Below, piece by piece: positions 50,251 to 63,766 of a stretch of DNA of 64,000 bases. Location: positions 62,994,001 to 63,058,000 of the forward strand of contig NC_087437.1 in assembly GCF_036321535.1 (NCBI RefSeq). Reading direction: 5' to 3'. The DNA is from Camelus dromedarius (taxonomy: Eukaryota). Position 1 is the first letter of the stretch. Every line of letters begins with the position of its first letter. The position numbers and the translations under genes are program-made. The notes under the pieces are model-generated. The model was not told the origin of the DNA. It worked only from the letters and a program-made list of their open reading frames with translations, and ran no database searches.

Positions 50251-53200
50251 AGTTAAGTGGGATGAGGACTAGGCTAGGTCTGGACCTGGCTCTGTCACTA
50301 ACTACCCATGAGCCTGTCTTTTCATTTCTGAGCTTCTCCTCATTTGTAAGAGACAAGCAGTTTCCAGAATGGAGGTAAGCATCTTGGTTTACGCTCAATT
50401 TGGAAACTTATGGAATGTATTTTTTCATTCAAAATAAAAAACAGTTTTATTGAGTCTCCTGGATCAGAATGCATATTCATTGCTACAACTCACATTTCTA
50501 ACTTTTGAATAAAATGAATATCAGGGAGAAAACTGGCATTGTTTTCAATAGCCAGAGAAAGGCATCTTCTTAGTCTCAGCCCTGACATCTGTCTGCTGCT
50601 TCAGAGTTCAAAATGTCCCTTGGCATGCGTCATCTCACTGCCTCCATCAGGCCCAATTTACAGACAGGAAACAGGCTGAGATAAGGGAAGCCCACCGGAT
50701 GGGTTTCATTCATTCTGCCCAATGCACATTCACCAAGTGTCTATTGATCCAGGCTCTTGGGACACTGCCCACCTCCTGCATTTGACTGTAGGACCTCCTC
50801 TGCCTGGGCTCCACAGAGCAGATGGCCCCTAGAAGGCAGCCACCAGGGCACTGTGGGGCTCCAGCTGTGGTAAGATGCTGTCCCTCACATGGGGCCATTC
50901 ACTCTCCAATACCCAGCCCCTCCTGCCCTCCTCAGCCTGCCCCACAAGTGCCCGGGACAGCTGATTCAAACAACTCTGCTTCTCTCAGTAAATACTTAGT
51001 GAATGAAAGAAATGCATGAGCGAGTTTGCCACAGGCTCTGGAGTTGCTAATCTCCAGACAAGCTGACCCTTTCTAAGCTCCCTTCCAGCTAGGACATCTT
51101 ATGATTTGATCTATTTGAGCTGGGGTATCTGGAAGACACAAGTCACTTGAACTAGGCTGACCCAAAAAATCTGAAATAAAAACAGAAAAATTACAGAATA
51201 TATCTCCACAGTGTTTTCAAACATTTTGAACTCTCTTTTTTTTTTTCTTTTGAGAAGCTACAAATGGTAGGTTCAACAAAATGCAATATAACAACAAAAT
51301 TCCTTCAGGAGGAAAGTTCATGTCTAAATAATGAAAATTTATCTCTTTGTTTGGAAACCAACATAGTTTTGTCTCATTAAGAAGATGGATGTTCCATAGA
51401 AGCTACTTGGTTGTTGGTTTTTTTTTTTTCATCTTTTGCTAAGTAATTTTTTTTATCCTGGCTAAAAATCAGTAAAAATATAAAAATCTGGTTCTTAATA
51501 TATAATAAATGATAAAAAGAATCTATTTAAATTCAAATTAGGAAAATAAACAGAAATCTTTTCCCTTTTTCTTTTAAAGATGGGGATAGCTAAAAGGTTA
51601 TTATCATTCTGTTCTGTTTTTAATGAAGCATAAACTATTTTATAGAACAAAGATATTAAATAAGGATCTTGGGCTTATTTTCCTTCATTTGCCAAATTTA
51701 GCAACAGCATCTGATTTAGAGTTTTAACTTTGAAACCACCTTACCACCTAGTGTTACTATTTTATACTGTCTGCAATTTAGATTATATTGGTTTTAAAGT
51801 GAATATGAGCATATTCAGGTATGATGAGTTGATTGAGAGGACAGAAGACAACCAATGGATTTTTGTTACTAAATATGCACATTCCAATATCACCTATGTC
51901 CCCTGTACCCTGCCTGGACACTACAGTGACCCATCCATAAAAGCCTGTGCCCTAAAGAATACTAACAACCTCCTCGCCAGTGAGCCTTGCTACATCTGGA
52001 AACTTGGTGTGCAGTCAATTCCACAATAAAGCATTATATGTCAGTTATAGCGCAAACGGCAGAGGCTTCAAATCAGGAGACTTGGGTCCTAGTGCAGATT
52101 TTGCTGCATAAACTTTAACATGTTAGGTTAATGGTCTAAACCTAAATGGGGATAACAATTTACACTATTTCAGCCTTAGAAAAGTGAGATTCAAATAAGA
52201 TAGTGACTTTATGCTTTGGTAAGTACTACACCCTTGATAGATTTTAAGATTTATATAGTGAGCATATTCTACTGCACATATTTCCCTAATGTTCTGTTTT
52301 AGAGCACAAAACAGATGAAAGGTATGGATCTAAAATTGCACTATGTTCACCTTACTGCAAAATCACCATGGGCTAATGGGAATCACACCTGCAGCTTGGA
52401 CACAAACATTCACAGCCCACCCCTCCTGGAGATACTCCCCCAGGGTGACCACAGGGCACTGCACAGACCAGGGACACCCTGCATCCTCCCACTGCCCCCA
52501 CCCTCCACACACTCAGAGCCCTGTGGTGCCTTTGCCCACACAGGACTCAGAGACCCGCACACTCTCTCAGGATTATGCCCAAAGGCACTGGTGCCCTCCA
52601 GGCCTCCTAATGTAGCCAGACCATGGGTCTCACTCCATCCTGCCTTGCTGCCAAACCCTCCTTCCCCATCCTCTCTGCTACACCCTAACCCTTTCATTAT
52701 TAGGGATTCAATCCTTTTGGCTCTTAACAGTTTTTCACTCAGGAGAGACTCCCATTAAAATGCATTATTCCTGCAGCTCCTCCTGGAGTTAGTTTATCCT
52801 AGATACAGAAACAGCTCAGTAAGAAAGCAAGGCCTTTTGTGAGCATGTTCCAGGGATGAGATCTTAAAATGCAGTGGCGGAGATTCCTAGATGTAAGGGA
52901 AGAGGCCCTAAAATGAGAAGTGGGTGGGAACCAGGGGCAAATTTCCCACTTTACAATTGCAGAATTGTAAAGTTCACAGGAACTCTGACTGACCCTGGGC
53001 ACGTGTCCTCATGCAAACAGGGCAACACATAGACCCCATGTGTGTGTTCTGGTTCAGGATTCTTAAGACCCTTCAACCCTTGTTTTCAATTCTTCACTCC
53101 ACCAGGATGGAGCTTTTATGTTTTTCCAAAGCAGGGTAAAGAGAGAAAAAATAAAGGAGCCTCAAATTTGGACCAAGTTTCTAGGTTCCTAGAATTCCTC

Positions 53201-54349
53201 ACTGAAAGGAGTTGGACATCTCGCCTCTTCTATACCCTGCAAGGCTTGCAGGCCATAGGGAGTCCAAGGTTGGGGAAGACCATCTTTACACTGGTGTCTA
53301 GAGACAGGAGAGGTAGTTGGGACTTGTGCATGAGAGATCGTCAATAAATTTCTACTGGGGGAGAGAAGGTGTTTGGGGCTCTGCCTGTTTTCCTTTAGGC
53401 TTCTGGAAGTCAGCTGGCATACTTCTATATATTGTGTAACAGGGAAGCCATTTTTATCTTTCACTATAAATCCAGCTGCTCTGGGAGGATGGCTCAGCCT
53501 GGTTCCCTGGGAGACCTCAGCACTGTAGCCTCAGGAATCAGCCAGGACACCTGTCTCACTGGCCCAGCTGTGTCTCTGACCTGGAGACATGCTATTGTTT
53601 GTTTCCTTAGCATGTTGCTTAATTCCTTAATTCCCAGATCTCAGATCTAACATCCTAACGTTACTCACATCTAGAACTGCCCCAGTTTCTCTATTAAACA
53701 GGCAAATGCCCCACAGTGAGCAAGCCCTTAACAAAACCCTTTCCCCTTCTGCATGCTAATCCAACCTTCAGTTCACACCCCAATCCTGTTTCCCTGGAAA
53801 CAGATACAGAGAGTATGTGCCAACATGGTACTAAATTATGCTGCCAATGGTAAAAACACTCTCGATTGGTAAACTATCTCTGGATTGGAAGGACTATCAA
53901 TGAACTATAAATCCCTGATGGGGACACTATTCCTTGGTCTTCCCTGAGGGAGGTGACTCTTGTGTCTGGTGTGTGCATTGCAGGGATCCTGGAAGCTGCA
54001 GCAGTAGAGTTGTTACAAAAGACACTGGCTCCTGTGGGGCATGGGTTTTGAGGCCTGGCAGCTTCTACAAGGCCATGGATCTTGTCTCCCTGCACCTGAG
54101 TTGGACTGCTGCAGGGACTGTCCTGCTGGGAAACCACAGCTCCCATCTTATAGCGTCCTGAGTAGATAGCACCAAAGGTGGCCCATAGCAGTCTTTACAT
54201 CTGAATGCTTAGTGGGGTTGAAGAAGACTTCTTGGTAGGTATGGCATCTGTACTGCAGAGCCAAACTCTGTGTGCACAGTCTCTCTCCTTGTCTTCCCTT
54301 TCTCCATTCTCCTTTCTCTTTTCAACTTTTCTCAATGACAGCCATAGAG

Positions 54350-54640
54350 ATAATGGTAACAATAGTAATACCAACTGACATTTGCTGAAATCTCACAATG
54401 TTCCAGGCCCTTTTCTAAGCACTTTACTTATGTTAACTCATTTAATCCTCTTAATAATCTCATAATTATGTCCCCCATATTAACCCCCAATATTATCACC
54501 TCCATTTTACATACGGGGAAACCAAGGCACAGAGAGGTTAATTAACTTGCCCAAAGCCACAAAGCTAATAAGTGGCAGAGCTGAGATTCAAACCCAGGAG
54601 GCCTAGTTTCAGTGTTGATGCTCTTAACCCTGTAGCTCCA
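54350..54640 (-). mobile_element. MIR SINE
   Basis: ctcatttaatcctc...ccattttacatacggggaaaccaaggcacagagaggttaattaacttgcccaa...gagattcaaacccagg. Confidence 0.88.
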
Positions 54641-55359
54641 CCTTCTAAAATGCTCAGAGCTTCATTCTGTCTACCCTTCCCATCATCCCCAAACCTTCAG
54701 AAGTATATTCTGCCCCTGATGCCTTTGTTTTCCCTCCATCTATTACCTCTTATGACATGTTCTACCTTTACTGTTTTCCTAAGTCTGCACCCACCATGAA
54801 AACTAACTGCCTCCTCCCTTCTGAGTTCTTGATCCTTCCTTTGATATTGCATCAGAATCCAATGCAGTCCTTTCAGAAACTCTACCCACTCTGGCTTTGT
54901 GCACCAGGTCATTTTCAGGGGCAGGCCATCCAGCTGCAGACGTGGTCAGCATCCCCTTCCTGCTTTGACAAGTCCCTGCCCAACACTAATTCTCCCAGGA
55001 GAAGCAGTGCTCCCACACACTCATGCTCTCTGCCTTGACACACCATGTCTAGTCTCAGTGTGACAAAAACAAGAGGAACACTACAATTTCAAAAGTTCGC
55101 CAATCCTTCAATTCTACACTGATTCATCCAAACTTGCCCCCCACTGCTCTAGCTGCCCCTTCATGGCTTTCTTCCTTGTCCCGCACACCTTTACTGGGAT
55201 AGTCTCAGTCTTAGCCCTCAGCCCTCTGCCTTTTATGCATCAGCTCTGTTCATTTGAAAATCCATCCAGGCTCACAATTTCAGCCACACAAATAGTATTT
55301 CCTGTGCCAAGTGTCTCCACTGGTTATCTCACATGCTCCTTATAATCATGCAAAAAGAA

Positions 55360-55760
55360 GGTATTGTTAATTCCACTTTAGACATAGTGAAAACTCAGCA
55401 CAAAGAGCTGAAGTAAATTGCCTAAGATCACACAGCTTGTAAGTGATAGAGATAAATTTAGAATCTAGTGTCCATCTGAACCCAATTTCCTCTGTTACAG
55501 GGTGCTCTCTGACTTTAACTTCCCTGATAACTGACAAGAATAAATATGTGCCCGGCTCTGCACAATGAGCTTTATACACATTATCTCATGCCTCATAACA
55601 GCCCTACAAGGTAGTAGATACCATCATCACCACCTTCCTCTAGTTGAAAAAACCGATTCAGAGAGATTCAATAACTTGGCCAAGGTCACACAGTCAGGAT
55701 GGCATATTAACAACTCAAATCTAAATCTGTATGACTCCAAAGTCCACACTTTTAAATCAT
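55360..55760 (-). mobile_element. Two adjacent MIR fragments
   Basis: gtaaattgcctaagatcacacagct (~55415) and aataacttggccaaggtcacacagt (~55670). Confidence 0.75.
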
Positions 55761-55769
55761 CATCAAATT

Positions 55770-56520
55770 GTCTCCCAAATGCACACCTGAATTTCAGGTT
55801 ATTCCTAGTAACGTGGTGCCTGTAGATTCAATATGAGTGTCTCTTTAATGTTCAACCAGCATCTTAAACTACTCTGTCTTCTCTATGAAAACCGTTACCT
55901 TCCCTTGACTTCCCACGTCTTCACCCCAACCCCCAGAGCCCATTTGTTCTTTCTTTCCTCAAATCACTCTGAAATATACCCTCCACTTTCCACTGGTACT
56001 GCTACTCACCACGCAGCCCCTCCTGCCAAACTGCTCCCTTTTACTGGTCTCCATGACTCTGTTTCCTTCCTTCTACAAAGCCATCAGCCCCCGCCAGGCT
56101 CACTGCTCTAATACACCCTTCCACCCTGTCATTCCCTCGAACCAGAAAGCCCCACAAAATTATTGTTACCACTGTTGTCTACAATGCAAAATCCAATCTC
56201 CATACTCTGGCATTCAAGGCACCTACCTCCTCCCTACCCCGAGTTGACTCTAATCTGCCTTTCCCCAATTATTTCACACCACCGTCCTACACCAAGTATC
56301 CTTTCCTGCTGTATTCTATTCACTGTCATGTAAATACATCATAACATGCTCATTGCCACACTCATATGTGAGCTCATATCTTTCCTTCCCTGAAATACTC
56401 CACATCCAAATATCCAAATTATTTTCATTCTTCAAAATGCAACTGAAGTCTCACCTCCTCTCGATGCCTTCTTTGACCAACTGAGCTCATACCGATTTCT
56501 CTTTCCTCCAAACTCACTGC
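55770..56520 (+). mobile_element. L2 LINE fragment
   Basis: aaaatccaatctcc...ctggcattcaaggc; cattcttcaaaatgcaactgaagtctcacctcctc...gccttctttgacc. Confidence 0.6.
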
Positions 56521-56852
56521 TCAAGTATCTACTATAGTAGTTCACAAACCTAGCCTTCATTCAGAACTATCTAAAATGTTTTCTTCCCAGGCACTATGTG
56601 ATTCAGCAGAGCCCTGCAGGTGATTTTCATATTCTTGCATTTTTATTTAAACAGTTCACGTGGAGACTTACAGTCTGTTCTTGATGGGGTAGCTGGTATC
56701 AGACTTTGCCACATGTAAACTAGTTAAAGGCCAATGATCCTTGAAAAAAGGGAAACATACAATGTAAGCCCCATTGTCACCTTGGCTTCTTCCCTGAGGG
56801 TGTTTTCCACACTGTGGAGCAGAGAAACAGGAGCCGAGCAGACAGTAGTAGT

Positions 56853-56986
56853 CTTTTTGTTTGTTTCTTTGTTTGCAGGGGAGGTAAGTGGGTTTATTTA
56901 TTTATGATGGAGGTACTGGGGATGGAACCCAGAATCTCATGCATGCTAGGTATGTTCTCTACCACTGAGCTATCCCCGCCTCCCCC
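56853..56986 (-). mobile_element. tRNA-derived SINE, camelid Vic-1-like
   Basis: Minus strand ggggatagctcagtggtagagaacatacctagcatgcatgagattctgggttccatccccagtacctccat...aaataaataaacccacttacctcccc + A-rich tail; A box TAGCTCAGTGG, B box GGTTCCATCCC; decayed TSD gacagtagtagt/gaaagcagcagt. Confidence 0.85.
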
Positions 56987-56999
56987 TGAAAGCAGCAGT

Positions 57000-57745
57000 T
57001 TTAATGGTGTAAAAACAAGAGATTCGTGCTCAGGGCTAGTAAGGTGGCTGCAATTAGGGTGACTGGAAGTTAGAGAGGAGGGAGCTATGAAAGGAGCCCT
57101 AAAAGTCTTCACTAAAACTTCCGTCAGGTCCTTGGCCAAATCCTAAGCTATGCATAGGCCAGGTAAGACTCCAGAAGCTCTAGAAGAGAACAGGTCTGGG
57201 AGGTGGAGAGCTGAACAGAAAAATGTTAGGGGACACACAGTGCTGGGGGAATGTTAGGGGTTCTAAATCCAACAGTGTGATGAGACTTTGCTGTACACTC
57301 TGGACACTCAGTTGGAACCCTAGGAAGACCAGGCTGTAAGAGTAAGAACAGCGTCCTAAGAATCAGGGCTGCACTTGAGGATTAATGAGAAGATGGAAGG
57401 AGACTGGCCACAGCAAAGCCTAAACCAAGGCTCAATGGGATCAAGATCTATAGTTTAACTGCTTCCCAGAACAAAGCTTCACAATATTTGGAGAAGGATA
57501 ACCTAATCAAGGGTCTGTAAAATACACCATCTATAATAACTAGTAAATGACCAGACATATGCCGCAGGAAAAAGTGACTAATAATAAAATAAATAAATAA
57601 GCAGTCAATAGAAACAAATCGAGAAATGATCAGGCTATGAGTTAGCAGACAAGACTTTCAACATAACCATAATAAACATCTTTAAAAAATAGAAGGGAAA
57701 GGGACAAAAAGGATTAAAAGATGGAACCCTGCAACAGAGTCCAGT
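57000..57745 (+). mobile_element. Old L1M 5'UTR/ORF1-start fragment
   Basis: cagtcaatagaaacaaat...gagttagcagacaagacttt...ataataaacatctttaa pattern of ancient L1 ORF1 N-termini. Confidence 0.6.
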
Positions 57746-57809
57746 TTTCTGTTTCTTCTAGTCAAAAGCCTTCTGATATAAACAGTCAGATGCCCATGAT
57801 GCTTAGTAC

Positions 57810-58340
57810 GATGCTCTATTCAGTTACTGGGTGCCCACTGTACTCCAGACATTGGATTAGGGACTGCTGATGAAAGACTGAGGTCAGAGTCCAGTGAGGA
57901 AGACAAGTGTATTCAAAAGTCTGTCAATTTTAAGTGTGAAAGGCACTATGAAAAGTGTATACAATGAGCTGATAGCAGAGGACTACTACTTGGTCCAGCT
58001 TGTCAGAGGTAGAGATAGGGAAAAGCATGGAGGGCTCCCAGAAGGTGGCAACAGCCGAATGATACAGGAAAGACAACAGGATTTAGCCACGTGAGGAAGG
58101 TAAAGATGGGAAGGGTATCTGAATGAGAGGAAACATCTTGAGCAAAGGCCCGGAGGCCTGAAGCAGCATGGAATGAGAGCGGGTACAAGGAGCTCTGGAG
58201 CAGGAAGTGAGAGGTAGTGAGGAGGGGGGATAGAAGGGAGGGAGGGGCCCAGGTCGTAAAGCAGAAGAACTGGGCCTTTATTCAGTGGCAGTGAAACTAC
58301 GGAAGAAGAGTAATAAGGTCAAATTTTCTTTTCACCCTGA
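57810..58340 (-). mobile_element. L2 LINE fragment
   Basis: tactgggtgcccactgtactccagacatt...gagcaaaggcccggagg. Confidence 0.6.
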
Positions 58341-61300
58341 ACTGGGTGCCTGCACTGACAGATACACTGTCATCTATGTCATTGCAAAGAAGAGTCCAAG
58401 CCAGCCCTGATCTCTCCAAACAAAATCAACACGAACATTACAGACTTCTCACCAACTGGGGCTCTTGCCTCCCCATCCTCCTCCTCCTCCCTCTCTGCCC
58501 CTCCCCTCCTGTTTCTTACAAACCCTTCAATGCCTGGATTGAAGAAGATAAACACAAAGGCGGAGATAAAGATAACATATGAAAGGTGCCAGGCACAGTG
58601 CATGACATGTGGTAGATGCTGAATGCAGGCTGGTTCTTTTCCACTTCCCCTGGGTTCTGACAGAATAAGCTGGCAGTCACAAAAGTAGTTGCCTTCTAAT
58701 TTGGCTGCAACCCTTCATGCTAAAATCATACACTGTCCTTGAAAATCAGCACACTCCTGTTAGGCCTTTAAAGGCTACTCTCCTCGGGCTTGCCCTCCTC
58801 ATCGAAGTGATGTAATGAAAAGTCTCACCAAGTCTATTATTAATATAAATATTTTCAGACTTTGAATAATGTGGTATTTTTTGCATTTTATTTCCAGTCT
58901 GCTTGCCTGGATGGAATGAATTTCCTGCAGCCCTGGCAATATACACACTACCCCACTGTGGGGAAGGAATGGTCCTCCAGGAGCCAGCAAGTCAAGCAGA
59001 CAAGAAACAGGACCAACCAAGCCAGGAATCAGCCCGGGCGGCCCCGGGATATTGACTCTGAGCAGCCAAATTCCTTCCATCTGAACCACAGATGCTGGTA
59101 AAATATTTTCAGGAACAGAGTGAGGGAATGTTCACTCACTTTCCAAAATGTAGAAATGAAGAAGTCAAACCCTATTTAATTTAAGCTGAGAAAATAGTGC
59201 CCAACTTTATCCAAGAGCTAGATTTATGCACAAACTGAGCTCTGGCCCTTTGCAAGTTAATCTAGATGAGCTAATGCTTGTTCCTGGCATACAAGACGCA
59301 CTCAGTAAATGGTAACCATTATTGTTACTGCAAAAATGAAGTGTCTGTTGGATGGTCTCATCGAGTCTTCCCACGCATCCTAAAGTCAGCTGTGGCAATT
59401 ACTTGCACATCTGGGGAAAAAATTCCATGTGGACTAGGGAGGAGGTGGCCCTCCCTTCAGGAGTCCCTCTCTGACTGACCAGCGAGCCAGTGCTGTGCTA
59501 GGAGGGGTCTATGCTAGGTGGGGTTGACCTTGAGCTGAGAGAGCTAGCACTTCCCTTTTCCTTTCTCCCCTGTTCCAGCGGCAACTTCAACAATGGGGCC
59601 TAGGCAGGTGGGGGACCACATGGGAGCCAGGCTCAGGAACATGGAGCAGGAGATGCTTAGATGCTTCCAGACCCCACCTGGGACAGCATTTCCCACAGGA
59701 GCTCGGGAAAGGCTTATGGAATGAAGAGCCCAGTCTTCAACACCCTCCACTTCTTTAATAATCTTATTCAGAGGACTACAGTAAATTCCTGTGTTTAGAC
59801 AGTGCCAATGTTCCTAAGAATAGGCAGAAATGCAATAACCAGATAACTCTTGGTAATGTTTTCAGTAACCTTTACCACCACTTCTCTGACTTTTCTGGGC
59901 CTTAAGAGAAATTAACTTTTGAATTTAGTTATTCATCTTCCTTCCAAAGTGTTTTTGGGCTTTCTTTCCACCACCGCTCTATTGTCATCATCCTAACATG
60001 AAGACCTTAGCTCTCCTTCCTCTCTGACATCCAATCAGTCACCAGGTCCCACTTTCTTTCCTTTAGAGTATCTCTAGGGTTTGCCCCTCTCCTTTCCACC
60101 CCCACCTATCACCTTATCTGCTCACATTTGGATTAGTATAAAAGGACCAGAACCGGTTTCCCTGCCTCCAAATCTCCCTCTCCACTGCCAGATGAAACTT
60201 ACTAAAACCTCAGTTTTTAAGGAAAAGTATTGGAGTGACATCCCCTGAAACCACTCAGCAGTAGGTGGTGCTCTTGTGCCAGCTCAGAGCGTGTACAAAA
60301 ATTTTATTCCATCAGGCAGCCTAGTGAGTACAGACTGTGCCATGGTCCACTCTTCATTTGGCACTCACTGTGTGCCTCTGGGGAACACAAAGTTATCTAC
60401 CACACTGACCCTGACCTCCAGTAATTTGCAATATAACTGGGTTGGAACAGGGCCAATTTGAGCGGGATGGATAAAGACTGGAAAGAGGAGAGAGAAAGAC
60501 CACCTCCAGCAGGGAAGAGTGAGGAGAGCAGCATTTGAGCTGGACCTTCAGCTAGAGGAGGGTTTCAGTAGGCAGACTGGGAGGCAGGTTGGTGTAAACA
60601 AAGGTGTGAGAAGGCGAGACTGTGCAAAGCACAGAGAAGGATGTCCTGATGATGGGGGCTGAATGCCCAAGACCAGTCTCACTCTCCATTCTAGGCTCTT
60701 CTGGTTTGCACCTCCCTGTGACACTTGATAACAAGGGGTCTCCCTGGGAAATCTTTTGGGACAGAACAAATGCCCACTCTGAGGCAGGACCAGTCAGTCC
60801 ACCTGATTTGCATGGAGGAAACCAACATCCTTTTTTTCTCTATACCAAGAAAGGGCAAGAATCCAGCTTTCTTCATGGTCCCTGGTAGCTCAGGGAGTGC
60901 CGTGATTTCTGACACCCTCTTGTGACTCCTGGTAATCCACATGCCATGGATCCCACCCTCCTCCGCTCCTCCCCATGCAGCGGGAGCTCCAGCCACACCA
61001 GACAGTGCCAGCCACACCTGACAGTGGATGTTCCCAGAACCCACCCTGTACCTTTGGGGCTGCCATGCCTTTGCTCATGTTCTTCCCTGTCCTGCACCCC
61101 AGCTTGGGCTAAATGTTTCCCCTCTGTTGCTCCCACAGCAGTGACAGATACTTCAGTCAACCTTCCCCATACAGCAGCTATTTGTTTGCTAGTGTCCTTT
61201 GCCCCAAGGTGGGAAGGCCTGACTCCAGCTCACCTCCTAATTGTCTGTCCCCAGCACGGTACCCAGCACTTATTTAATTGGCTTGTCTTCAGCAACAGTG

Positions 61301-61350
61301 TTCTAATATCTTGCCAGCCTGGGTACATGCTTCTAATTTCCCTTTCTCTC

Positions 61351-61581
61351 TTTTTTTAGAATTGAAGTATAATTGATTTACAATGTTGTGTTAATTTCAG
61401 GTGTATAGCATAGTGATTCAGTTATACATATATATATTCTTTTTTCATTATAGGTTATTACAAGCTATTGAGTACAGTTCCCTATGCTATACAGTAGGAC
61501 TTTGTTGTTTATCTATTCTGTATATAGTAGTTTGTATCTGCCAATCCCAAATTCCCAATTTACCCCTCCCTCCTTCCCTTT
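61351..61581 (-). mobile_element. 5'-truncated L1 3' end (artiodactyl-type)
   Basis: ttgaagtataattgatttacaatgttgtgttaatttcaggtgtatagcatagtgattcagt...cagttccctatgctatacagtagg. Confidence 0.88.
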
Positions 61582-61789
61582 CCGACTACTGGTTTCTCCA
61601 GGCACCAGGTCCCTACCTCACCTCCATGCTCGGCTGGCACAGGCTGCCCACCGTCTGCTCCAGCACCCTTGTTGTAGATGACTGTCTACTCTCACCCCAC
61701 CTCCCCAGGAAAATCTCCCAGTGCTTCCCTTCCACTCCTAATCCCATCTGACTACATAGTCCAGCTCAAGCCTGTCTCCACAAAACTTC

Positions 61790-62000
61790 CAGCTGTTGAG
61801 CACTTATTGGGCTCCCAGCACATTAGATGCTTTTTCTAGACATTTTCTATATCCATTCAACAATCCTAAGGCATGTATTAAAATCTATGTTTTACAGATA
61901 AAGAAGCTGCTCAGGGAGGGTAAACTGACCCCAGATAGTTAGTTAGCTAGCAAGTAGCTAAGCTGGGATTCAAACCCACGTCTCTATGACTGCAAAGCTG
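61790..62000 (-). mobile_element. MIR SINE
   Basis: ttgagcacttatt...tttacagataaagaagctgctcagggagggtaa...gctgggattcaaaccca. Confidence 0.75.
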
Positions 62001-63708
62001 GTGTCCTTTCTAGAAGCCTTGGCTGGGTCTTCGGGCCTGTGCTCTCTCTGACCTCCATGGGAGGCCTGAGCCACAATGGGGAACCACCCAAGGAAGGAAG
62101 CGGGACCACAAAAGGGAAGCAAAGCAACAAGTCCTGAAAGAATGGAAGCTCCAGAAGGGTGGGGTGATGCGGGCTGGAGGAGGGGCGGGGGCGAGGAGAA
62201 GAGGGGTCTCAAACGGGAGAGGAAGTAGAAGGGGAGCAGCGGGGAGGATGGAAGGTGAAAGGAAGGAAGGAAAGTGAGTTCTTCGAAGTAAGATGCCTGG
62301 AAAGAAATCTTGAAAAATTTCCCCACCCTAAATAGAGATGCACCTTGTTTTTTCACTTTATAAATTGTACTTGTATGTCTTTTATTCTTCACAAAGGGTA
62401 CTTTAGACATTTCCACCACTTCCCCTACTGGGGTAGAGCTGACATGTTTTCTTTCTTTGACCACCTCCCCCCTCTCTCCCTCGCACACACTAGACCGCCA
62501 ACCCTAACCCCTGCCTGTAAGTCACAGAGACCTTGGTACCTAACTGGGTTCTAACCACTAGAGTGGTTCTATTTCTTAGCCATCTTTTTCTTACAAGGAT
62601 GGGGAATCACGTCAATGCCAAACCTGATTTTCCCTACACTTACCCACATTATTTTCCCATCCTGTGCTTGGGATGGGGACAGGTCCTCAGCACCTAGCAG
62701 AAGACCTGACAAACAGCAGACACTCAACGTTTGTGGACACTCAATGTCAGTGAATGGTTCTCAGTCACTTCCCTGTGCCTCATACAACTTCTGTCTCTGA
62801 GCAGGATCTTCCTTTCCTAGCTCACCTAAATTGCTGTGGACAGAGTCAGTATGACAACCTCAATTCTGGAAAGTGCCCTTAACACAGTGTTCATGTTCTC
62901 AGTTCCAAGGGGTCACTATGGGGTCCACACACAAGTAGAGGCCACCACTGATCCATATGATAATTCAGGTCTCGGCCCTTTCTGGCCCTCATAAGAGACC
63001 TGGGAAGGTGCCCAGCCTCCTTGCCCAGTGTTCCCCCACCCTGCTCCCTATACCCACACTCCTCCTGCAGGCCTGGCGACCTCAGGGTACACTGGGCTGA
63101 CACGCAGCAGAGGGAAGGAAGGAGAGGGTGAAAGACTGTACAGAGGAGAAAGCAGCTTCAGCAGAAAACACACATGCAGCCTGCAGAACATTGTGACTTG
63201 GATTATTTTTGGAATCTAATGTTTCTAATGTTCAAGGGGAGGAAATGAGAAAAAGTAAGTAGAGATTCCCAGGACCAGCAGGCTGGAAATAACACAGGAC
63301 ACTGTGTCCTGTGTTGGGCGGGACACGACACACTTCCTTGCCCTAAGCCCAGTCAACAGGAGTGGCGGGGAGATGGTTTAGGCCCCAAGAGGAGGAGGGA
63401 GGGCAGGAGCAAGGGGGCACCAGAGACCTTCTTGGAAAAAAGCAAGAAATTACAAACTGCCCAGTAAAGACCTTTCCCTGAAGGGTCACAGCTCTGGAAA
63501 GCCTCCCTCCCAACACCAAGGGCTCAGGCAATTGAATCAGAGACTTGTCGGCACGCCCCCTAGAGGCCAGACCAGTGTTTGCCCTTTTATCACAGCAGCT
63601 GTAAGGACACAAGTCAGGTGACCACTGCTCTCCACTCCAACCCAGCTCCTCTAGCCACCTCCCAGGTTGCTGGCATCTGCACACTTTCTCCTGCAGGGTA
63701 AGAGTAAG

Positions 63709-63710
<2 letters not shown>

Positions 63711-63744
<34 letters not shown>

Positions 63745-63766
63745 ACGCGTGCGTGCGTGTGTGTGT
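63711..63766. repeat. (GT)n microsatellite with a GC-containing interruption
   Basis: About 16 perfect GT units followed by gcacgcgtgcgtgcgtgtgtgtgt. Confidence 0.92.

Noticed and set aside
56900..56980. tRNA gene
   Set aside because: A/B boxes are followed by a SINE body, A-rich tail and TSD-like flanks; it is a tRNA-derived SINE.
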